A DNA stretch of 56,957 bases, the filler included, from Sphacelaria rigidula (lineage: Eukaryota): assembly GCA_964200075.2 (NCBI GenBank). It is 5 parts of 5 records of this genome, joined end to end, with 100 filler letters (N's around TTAATTAATTAA, not from the genome) between each part and the next. Parts side by side here need not be neighbours in the genome. Positions count along the whole stretch, not along the records: positions 45,648 to 56,957 come from CAXNAA020005084.1; 4 more parts are not named here. One strand, given 5' to 3'. Position numbers and translations under genes: made by a program. Positions 47,751 to 56,957 of the stretch are shown here, in pieces (positions within the stretch are counted from its first letter, which is position 1; the number at the start of each line of letters is the position of its first letter). The notes beneath the pieces were generated by a model. The model searched no databases. It was not told the origin of the DNA and saw only the letters and a program-made list of their open reading frames with translations.

Positions 47751-48784
47751 CTCTCTTGGGACCGGGCCTCCAGAATGACCAATGAGGCTGGTCAGGAATG
47801 ACGTGTCTGGCGTCTAAACGAAACAGTGACGAGTTGCTGAAAATCCGCGTATGTAACCACAGGGTTGTCATGACGAAAACCGAAAGTTCGATCTATTTCC
47901 AGGTACAGGGTGCGCATTAGGTGGTGTACATCTGATGTAGCAAGCAGTATGGGTCGTGGTGAAAAACTTCCAACAGGATGCGGCGACCGGCGGGCCGCCC
48001 GCTACTTGTGGCTCTGGATGATACTTTTGTCCCCATCACCTCGCCATACAGCTCTTCGTGGTCAAGGTGGGCCGCCATTTCCCCCCTTGTTACATGCGGC
48101 AAATTCCCTTCGAAGGGTATCAGCGTTGCGACGCGCAGGCACACAACAGCACAGTACAGTACAGTGTAGTACGCCTCTCCAACTGAAGCAGCAGCTGCCG
48201 CTGCATACTTCTTTGCACGTTCTGGGCAGTTCTCAGCTACCGAAATCAGCTTTGATATACAGCTTTGTCATTCCCGTCCTCAACATGCATGTGGATTGCA
48301 CACTGCAAGTCATCGGCAGAGGGATACGCAGAATTCATTATGGCAGCTCCTGTTGTCTATCCACAGCCCACCTGAATTTTGTGCTTCGTGAAAATGACCA
48401 CATGGTGGCATGTACACTCCTTCCCGTTTTTTTCCGGACCCCCCTGTGTTGGTGCAAATTACCACGTTTCAGTATGGAAATGGGACCCAAAAAACAATCT
48501 GGAAAAACTCGGGAACGGTATACTGAGTGCAAGTAACACCATAAAACCAAGCCGCGACCACCCTGCACTTGGAAACCTGGCGAGGCTTATCCGGGTCAGG
48601 GATGGGGCCCCCACACGATCTTTGCAGTAGCATCACACTCGACAACAATCCCCGCGCTGGTCGTTCGGGCCTGGTCGATAAATTTCACCTCGCCGTGATC
48701 GGGCAGGTCGCTCGAGGACATATTTTCATTATTCCACTGACACAGGTTTAACCCTGTGTTAGTGGGGGTCCAGTGTCAAAAGGG
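47751..48784. mobile_element. 1.03-kb piggyBac-like non-autonomous element
   Basis: TTAA|CTCTCTTGGGACCGG...CCAGTGTCAAAAGGG|TGAA; left end nearly identical to 56901-56957; subterminal hairpin at 48734-48765. Confidence 0.65.
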
Positions 48785-49095
48785 TGAAACAGAAGCATCA
48801 CGCCGCGTGTTGTGCCGCCACTTCCATGATGTCAGATGATAAATCACACACTTGTGCTGCTGTACCTTCATACAGTCAGACGTGAACCAACTCCGGGTTA
48901 GGTTGCTAGTGTGTCAGTATAGTACCGCGACGTCTTGCAAGCTGCGTACGAAACCAGTCGTATCGTATAGTATAGAGTATCCATACGTATCGGTTCGTCT
49001 TTCGCGTAGAGGAAAAAATATCGGTACCGAAGTCTTTATGTCGGATGTTTTGAAAATATCGTACCGCACTCTTTTTCCGGTCGATGTTCAACTCT

Positions 49096-51250
49096 GAGGC
49101 TGTGTCTTATCAAATTGTTTTCGTGTCGAAAGCGTGCGGTCGAATCGAATTCCCTCGTTCATGTTCCGTCCACGCTGCTTATTTCCTCAGGTAGTTAAGA
49201 ACATGACTGCCGTGGACGTATCACAAACGAGCAAATTCGATTTCACCGTACGTTCTCGAGTCGGAAACAATTTGATAGGACACGGCCTCCAGGGATGACA
49301 GTACAGTACAGACTGTACAACAGGGGCTGCCCTTCCTGTCTAGATAGTGTGTGTATTTCGCGCAGCATGCAGGCGTGATGTGGAAAAGAAGCGGGCAACG
49401 CGACATACAGACAGCATAGCTTTCTGACTCTCTGGATACAGGAGGAGGAGCAGATTTGAACCACGCGCAGTTTAGCACCGCCTCTACCGTCCACGAGCGA
49501 GTTGGCAATTTAGTTGCCCACCATAACACGCAACTCTGACGTTGGACCTTGCCACAAAATTACATGCTTTAGTTTTTGCCAACAAAAACGAAACATATCA
49601 TGCCAAAAGAATGATAGTGTCGGTTTCCTATCACAGTAGCGTATTCAACCCTGTGCTCAGTTCGTCATCTATGCCGCAGGGTTGAGTAGGTAGCTGCGAA
49701 TGAACCATTTGGGTTTTGCATAAATCTGTGAAACGGAGGTATCTGGCACGGTTGTCTGCAACATAGGAGATACGTGCCCCTTGGTCATTCCGCCGTTTGT
49801 TTCGCTCGAAAAAGCCAAGCTTTCCTGTTCTTGACCCTGCCCGTCGCGCGCAACTAATTAGAAAACGGATTTGAAGCCATCTGGGAACATAAATGCCGTG
49901 GACGTATCGGATTCGGCCTCGTAAAGCCCATATCGATTCGACTGCATGTTCTCGAGTCTAAAAAAAATGGCAAGACACTGCCTGAGGCCGTGTCCTATCA
50001 TTTTGTTTTCGACTCGAAAACGGACGGTGGAATCGAATTTACTCGTACTTTGATCCGTCCACCACATTCATGTTCTCAACCATCTGAGAAAATAGATGGC
50101 GTGGACGAATCAGAAACGAGCGAATTTGATTCGACCACACGTTTTTGACATGAAAACAAGTTCCCGAGGCGGTGTCTCATCAAAGTTTTTCCGGCTCGAA
50201 CGAGTTCGTGCGACGGAACTGATTCAGTTCGCTTTGCGACGTTTGGATCCGAGCGAATTTGCACGCCTTGAATCGAATAGGCTGGGCGAATTTCGTGAAG
50301 CGGTACTTCTTTACTTATATTCAACACACAGTACAGTACAGCACAGAAAGTACAGACTGTACAACCGTGGGGGTCTGTACTGTCCAGATGGTGTGTGTTT
50401 CGCACAGCATGCGGGCGCGATGTGGTAAAGGGGCGGGCAACGCGGCACACAGCAGACTTGACAGACAGCACAGCTTTCTGACTCTCGGCATACAGGAGAA
50501 TACGAAGCAGATTAGAACTACGTGCAGTTTTTCACCGCCTCCTTTGTTCATGAGCGCGTTGGTAATTCGATCGATTACCCCAACACGCAACTCTGTCGAT
50601 GAGCCCTGACACAAAATTATATGCCGAAGTTTCCGTCAACCAAAACGAACACATCATGCCAAAATAGTGGTGGTGTCCGTTTCTATAACGGCGGTGTATG
50701 TATGCCTGCGCTCAGTTCTTGATCTGTGCCGCAAGGTTGAGTAGGTAGCTGCGAATGAACCATTTGGGTTTTGCGTACCTCTGTGAAAGGGTAGTATCTG
50801 GCATCTGGCAAGGTTGTCTGCAACATGGGAGTTACGTGCCGCTTCGTTCATTCCGCCGCTCGTTTCGCTCGAAAAAGCTAAGCTCTTCCGTTTTTGACCC
50901 TGCGCGTCGTGCGCAACTACTTAAAACATGGACTTGAAGCCATCTAGGAACATAAATGCCGTGGGCGTATCAGAATCGGCCTCGTAACGACCAGTTCGAT
51001 TCGACCGCTTGTTTTCGAGTCGGGAAAAAAATGATGAAGGCGTGTCTTATAAAATTGTTTCCGTGTCAAAAACGTGCGGTCGAATCGAATTCGCTCGTTT
51101 TTATTACACTACCAATTTTCTGAGATGGTTGAGAGGATGAATGCCGTGAACGTATCAGGCACGATCACATTTGATTCCACCATACGTTGTCGAGTCAAAA
51201 ACAATTTGATAGTACACGGCCTAAGACACAGCCCTAGACACGGCCTGATG
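49096..51250. repeat. Cluster of GGCCGTGTC-TIR MITEs interleaved with a diverged ~680-bp direct duplication
   Basis: MITE units at about 49096-49288, 49985-50165 and 51038-51221; blocks at about 49298-49970 and 50349-51030 are collinear. Confidence 0.8.
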
Positions 51251-53023
51251 AACATCCGCGTGAGAACGCGAACAGGAACGTTACATGGTTACAAGGCGCG
51301 GGCTGTTCGGCTCTGTGTGGGGCACACAGCTGGCTTTCTCATCAGCAGTACGAGTAGCTACGCTGGCAATAATCTCATCACTACCGTCACCACTAGTGGG
51401 ATACACCCTCAACGTGCACACGCACAGAGAGATGCGCGTAGCCATGTATCCCAGCACTTCGCCGAGTGGCTAAGCATCGACCCATCGGCCGGTAGTATGG
51501 ACAAGCGATTCCCAGCACGGTGGCGATCACGCGCAAGGTGCGTGGGGGTTGTCTCACGGTCGAAACGCGGACCGTCTCTCGTACGAGAAAAAGCAGCAGC
51601 AGCAGCAGCAGCAGCAGTATCGGCACCGGCTGATTTGGCCCCACCCCAAACCGTACACATCTTTTGTCAGTGAAGATGCTGCTGCTGCTACTACTACTGC
51701 TTCTCCTCCTGCGGGAGGCGGTCCGCGTTTGGACCTGCGACAACGCCGATATATCTTGCGCTTGATTGCCGCCTTGGTTGAAATCGCTGGTCTGTTCGCG
51801 TGTTGTTACCGTCACCGCATTTTCAGTGCCCATCACTTCCCCCCATCACAGCTGGTCTAATTAGTCATCGGGTTTCGTGTGTGACTGTGTATTCAATACA
51901 CTTTGACAAGCAAAGGCGGGTTGATGTGCGTACAACCAACGGTGCGGAAGCTGGTCAGCTTATCGACCGCTCTCGAAGCCCAGGTCAGATGCTGGGGGGA
52001 GACGACCTCGATGCGAGGTGGAATGAGGCGCTCACAGATCCACGGATGGGCCACACCGTGGAGATGGACAGCACTCAACTTACCAAACTGGATGGGACAG
52101 CCAAGCGTAGTGTGCTGTCCCGCAGTGGCACCAAGTACTGGCTCTTTTCATTTCATACCCAGACCCTCATCAACTCGTCGTGTGGTATGATCTGTACTGT
52201 GTTGTGCCGACCGTGCTGCATCGTGCTGTGCTGTGCACGGTATATTTTGCGGTACGAAAACATGTTATTCGAGAAGGTTGTTGGGGGAGAAACTTCGCGC
52301 ATCGATCAGTGTTGAACTACAGTACAGTATACGGCTGTCTGCAGTCTGAATTGTGCCGTTTCACTAGAGAGCACTAGGTATTTTACCTGCACAAGATAGG
52401 AGACGGTTTTGGCCTCTCATCCTTCACGAAGAACAAAGATTCGAGTTCAATCAAAGCCGCCCTGACACAGCAATCAACCATCTCCAATGCAACAGCGGCG
52501 AAAGACGCAATCATACATGCACCGCTATCGACATACTTCGAAGTACTAAATACCCCACCACCTTCATCCCCCTCAAACCTCATGACCAATCCTCACCCTT
52601 CCCATTACTAAAAATGACGGAAGTCATTTAGAAGTAGGAAATAGAACCACACCCAGACCCTACTGAACTCGGAGTGTTGCTGTTCATGTGTCGCTCGCGC
52701 TATTTTCTAGGTCAAATTAGCCAAACTTTTGACACGATTCCTGCCCATGCGGAGCGTTACTTCATGTTGCAATGACGTGCACTGGCGAGAAGAGTAGTGG
52801 GTGGTAGATACCATGGCAGTTGCTACACTGGGCAACACAGCACGTGTCAGCACATAAGCATGCACGCGCACGCAAATTGGCATTGCATCGCCTTCTGCCA
52901 TGGTCGAAGGGAGAGGGTGCAGGAGATACGGTAGAGGTTTGCGCAACAAGCATTGCTCGGTCACTAGACCGGCAAGCAGGCAGCACGGTAGCGTTACGCC
53001 ATAGCGCTTATCCTCAAACATAC

Positions 53024-53060
53024 CTGCGCCGCTTAGGATGATAGCCGCCGTATACTTCAT
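53024..53060 (-). CDS. Exon 1 of the plastid-targeted protein (start of signal peptide)
   Basis: ATG AAG TAT...MKYTAAIILSGA-G|gtatgt (phase 1); joins exon 47009-46888 to give MKYTAAIILSGAACASA-FVG. Confidence 0.68.
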
Positions 53061-53554
53061 AGTTGCTGAGTGTTGACAATTGCTCTGTCTCCCGGGCGGC
53101 CGTGAGTTGTTGCTGCCGTCGTACGGATTGCGGAAAATGACATGTAAATACGTGGTACATATATGTCGTGATTGACGGAATCCAACCTCCATGATGCCTG
53201 CCCATGTTGCTTCAGACGAAGCCGACACGACAAGAAGTCTTTGTTTTACCCGCTCTCTTTCCCTGTTCCTTCTCAGGTACCGGCATTATTGTCATGACTT
53301 CCATGTAGTACGTGTGTGAGAAGTACAGGTGTGAATGATACCGTCCAGCACACCGCCTTGACAATATTGAAACCCCAAATCCGGTTTCCGCTGGACCCAA
53401 ATCCCAATCTGGCACGACGTAACCTGAAGCCGACTGCGTTTCACGATCCTGCACTCGGTAACGTCTTCGCCGTATGTAGGAAAAAACCATCAGCGCTAAC
53501 GCACCTACCCTGTGCATCTCTCTTTGTGTGTATTTTTTTTCATAGATATCAACG

Positions 53555-53667
53555 ATGGGCCAGTTACCAGCAGCGAGGGTGGTTGCGGTTTTGGCCTGTT
53601 TCTTGACACTAAGAGAAAGCCGGCACTTTGCGGGTGGGTTCGTACTGCAACCCCCCCCCGGACGACT

Positions 53668-53699
<32 letters not shown>

Positions 53700-53843
53700 G
53701 TCAACGACAGCAATCAATTTATTTCTTGAGTGCGTCCCATAGCTTGCACTACCGCCGGCGGCGACATGCGAGGGCTTCACTTGATGGAACCCAACATGAA
53801 GCTGCTTCCCCTGGGGTCAGTCATGTCGGCGGTTTTACACCAG
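53555..53843 (+). CDS. First coding exon of a Myb/SANT-like-domain protein with a signal-peptide-like N terminus and polyQ
   Basis: ttttcatag acceptor just upstream (5'UTR intron); MGQLPAARVVAVLACFLTL...AGGFVLQP; donor CCAG|gtgaaa (phase 1). Confidence 0.62.
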
Positions 53844-55645
53844 GTGAAATAATTTCAGAACATTACTTTCATAGTGCAACATCCCAACGAGCGGTTGCAT
53901 GTAAGCGGGTGCACAAAAGGCAGGCGAGACTGATGTGTTGCAAGCTGTATTGGATTTATGTTTTTAGCCATGTTCCTTGAAAAAGAACCAAAAGCAATAC
54001 AGCAGCACAGTCTGCCGTCCGTAACGTTAGCTTTTTGGCCTTTTGATTTTCAGAACATTTATTACGCCCTCGGCGCACCCAACCTAGAGCGGTCGGGGTA
54101 TTTTGAAATTGGGGGGTAGGGAAGTGCCCGAGCATGCGTTAGATCTACACGGCTGTGAAGAAACTGTCGCCTCTCAATAGGGTACATATGATGTTATGTT
54201 TCAAACGTGCGCTTATTGCACAGGTGAAGCACATGCTACGCACATGAAGCGCACTGCGTTCAGTACGCTCCCCACACTAAATTCTTGAACCCTTTTTGAA
54301 TCGTGGTACCCGAAGTCCACCGTGTACTTGACGGCCTAGCGCTGTCCATATCTTGAATCGGCATCATCTCCACTTGAAATATGTCTGTAAGACCTACGGA
54401 TCTATCTGTAGGTGCTCTACGGGTAACTGTTTGAGCACTAGCTTCGTCTCAGAACAGTACCTCCGACGGGCAGTCTACGGGATTCCGTGCGAAGGAGGGG
54501 TTATTTTTCAAGAGGACAGGGGCGGGGGGCGGCTTCTTAGATTGCCGGGGAATTCTCCTCTTAGATCAATCATGTGCGTTGACAGGAAAACTCTAGGTCG
54601 GGAACGGGATTGGAAGGAGTGGAATCATCATTGTTCATTGTTTTGATTGATCGAATAATGTATACTCTGCCCTACAGTAGCGGGAAGTCACCTCCTTCGC
54701 GGTCGGGCCATACTTGGTCATGCCTTCATCGAGCGCTCAAGGATTGAGACACGCGAAAGCAGCAGGTACAGTTTTGCTGCTTGCGCAGTCTTTGCGACCC
54801 ACCTACCACCTCGCGTGTTCAGGATAGTTGCATACAGTCGTAAAATACAAAGCGGAAATGAAAACAGCCTAGACTGTGTACGGTAAGGAGCGATATAAGC
54901 GATGATTTTGTGCTACGCACGTTCGTATTTAGCCGCTGATGATGAAATCTTGTTTGTACGGCTCAGTAGCAGCACCGTAGAGTACAGTGGAGACGATGCG
55001 AACATGCAGGGCAACACCAAAACATGCTCCAGGTGTGCCAGCACTACCCCGAAAGCGTCAGAGTCTCCGAAAACGTAGGTATGGAGTGTGTTCGTGTTTT
55101 TTCCCGACTCTCAAGTCCTCCCCTTCCTTTGGACGAGTCCGAGGTCTCGAGGAATCAACCCACCTCTCTCCCGGTACGTCTTACATTTTGGCATCGCGGA
55201 TTGAGTCAACACTCCCGTACCGTGTCTACTGTCGTCTGACAAGCTCAGCCAAACAGACTCCTCCAACCATTCATGTCGCGCTTTTAACGACGGAAATTAA
55301 ATGTACATGAAAATAATCCCAAACTGAACGCATGTGGCGGCAATTCAGCAAGTGTTTCCCCCGCCCTGATGGTGTCGGTTGTACCATCAGACCACCGGAG
55401 TGCGCCGGCTTCCATGTTGCGTATATCGCAGCAGCCAGTAGTGACATCCTGCATGCGCCACTTGCAAAGCATGATAGCCTGCGCCCCACTAAAATGGCTC
55501 AGCGAAAGCGAAAACGTATCTACACTCAACTTCCGCGTCGAGTTGAAACGAAACATATTTTTTCATGTCTCTTCAGTGGTCCGCGTGGGGTCAATCCGTA
55601 ACCCTACACGTGAACCCTGTCCCTAACCCACCTCGTGCTTTGCAG

Positions 55646-56255
55646 CCAAGGAGGCTTGTCAGCAATACTCATCGACGGCACGGTTCTCTGCTGCACCGTC
55701 AAACAGTCACATCGAGGACGCGACAGGGGCAACCGGCATCTCTGAACGATTACACGGCTCCGTGGGAGCGGGCGGACAAGGTTCACGCACAGCTGTGTCG
55801 GCTAGCGCCTCTGGGACCATTGCGGCCGCCGCGGATGACACCGCCACGTCCACGAGAACAGCAGCGACGACGACAGCGTCAGCGGCCGCAACACAGGGTA
55901 GCAACGAAGTCAAAAGTGTGGGCGTGACAAACAACGACAAAAATGGGGAAGAGAGGCAGCAGGCAGACATGATCGATGTTGCAACAGCGGTCGGTCAGAA
56001 TAGCTCCGTTGGGGGGGTGTCAGATGACGAGGGATCGCCCGAACAAGGTGCTTCGGCGGCAGCGGGGGCAGGGGAGTTGATACGCGGGGAGGAGGAGCGA
56101 GGGGTGCTCGGTGCAGGGGGGGTGATGACTTCGGAAGCTTCTTCGATTGCCGCTGTCGCCACCGTCATGTCTCCTCTGGAGTCGGGAATAGAGGTCGAAA
56201 CGGCGGCGCCGTGGAGTGAATTTGAAGACTGGCTCCTGCAGGACACATACCCCAG
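55646..56255 (+). CDS. Second coding exon: Ala/Thr/Ser/Gly-rich linker plus start of the Myb/SANT-like repeat
   Basis: ccctaac branch point, tttgcag| acceptor (phase 1); open 610 nt; ends PWSEFEDWLLQDTYP-AG|gtgagt (phase 2). Confidence 0.78.
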
Positions 56256-56692
56256 GTGAGTTTGCTGGTTGTCCCGATTCGGATGCTGTAGGTGCGAGGA
56301 GCTCGAGAATCTGAAAGACTGACAATTTGCGAGCAGCGCAACCTTACGCGGGTGCGGTGACTCGTTCACCGAGGTGCGGTCCCTGTAAACTTGGTGGAGT
56401 GTCTTGTGGGGAAGTACTTTGCCGCCTTGGAAGACTCTCCAATGATATGTAACCTTCGTGAACCATGCTGAAGGGGGGAATGGCGTGATTGCTTCCGAGA
56501 CGTAACATCATACAGCCCTTGTCGTTATCCCTCCTCCATATCCAACAAATTGTGTTGATTGTTCACAACGAAGGAAACTGCGGACGCGGGGCAACATAGT
56601 GGGATCTCGCTACATTTGTTAGTAGTGCATCTTGAACGCTTAAAACTACACTCTTGCCTATTATGACCGATGGTACTTCGGGTTGTGCTCAG

Positions 56693-56870
56693 ATACGTGA
56701 TTGGATCTGGAAAGCACGTGCTCTGGCAACGAATGGTTCGAGAGGTCCCAGAACTGATGGAACGGTCCCCGCAGGAGGCGCGGCAGAGATGGCTGCGACT
56801 TACTGGACGGTTAGATATTCAAGGGGAGCAGTTGCCGGGCAGCCCTCCCTTGGATTCCTTCTATCTGCAG
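56693..56870 (+). CDS. Third coding exon completing the Myb/SANT-like repeat; gene continues beyond the window
   Basis: gtgctcag|A TAC GTG (phase 2); YVIGSGKHVLWQRMVREVPELMERSPQEARQRWLRL...FYLQ|gtggat. Confidence 0.78.
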
Positions 56871-56900
56871 GTGGATATGATAATACGTAACCTCTCTTAA

Positions 56901-56957
56901 CCCTTTTGGGACCGGGCCTCCAGAACGACCAATGAGGCTGGTCAGGAATGACGTGTC
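56901..56957. mobile_element. Left end of a second copy of the piggyBac-like element, cut by the window edge
   Basis: TTAA|CCCTTTTGGGACCGGGCCTCCAGAACGACCAATGAGGCTGGTCAGGAATGACGTGTC matches 47751-47807. Confidence 0.75.

Noticed and set aside
51670..52600. Exon-like ORFs inside the 6-kb intron
   Set aside because: No phase-compatible stop-free chain and no recognisable domain
1..56957. Window is part of a non-recombining sex-determining region
   Set aside because: Low gene density and TE load are compatible but not diagnostic; no marker gene recognised

Overview
Eukaryotic, intron-rich and repeat-dense genomic DNA, most likely from a heterokont alga. A brown alga such as Ectocarpus is my inference, based on ASAF-type bipartite plastid presequences, a flagellar kinesin-2 and long TE-filled introns. 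The window is five contigs joined by artificial N44-TTAATTAATTAA-N44 linkers, so order across gaps is unverified. Four spliced genes can be reconstructed by hand, arranged as two divergent pairs. (1) A complete 3-exon, 428-aa minus-strand gene (15622-12180) whose spliced product carries a PP1-regulator-like KVSF..VEAV..WW...DY..F module. (2) Head-to-head with it, the first six exons of a kinesin-2 (KIF3/FLA10-like) motor (17776-22319), with two GC-AG introns and no C-terminal half in the window. (3) A minus-strand plastid-targeted protein whose signal peptide is split by a 6-kb TE-filled intron (53060-46888). (4) Head-to-head with it, a plus-strand, possibly plastid-targeted protein with a Myb/SANT-like repeat (53555-56870, incomplete). 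The rest is mostly nested mobile DNA: a Gypsy element lacking its RT core and carrying a nested solo LTR, a second gag-protease relic, a Copia relic, a probable hAT transposase relic, piggyBac-like TTAA elements, Harbinger-like MITEs, tRNA-derived SINEs, (CAAT)n-tailed retroposon ends and minisatellites. The most unusual non-coding object is a 427-bp TG...CA element with a 5-bp TSD whose two ends are self-complementary hairpins carrying inward-facing tRNA-like A/B boxes. No CRISPR array, rRNA or intact tRNA was seen.
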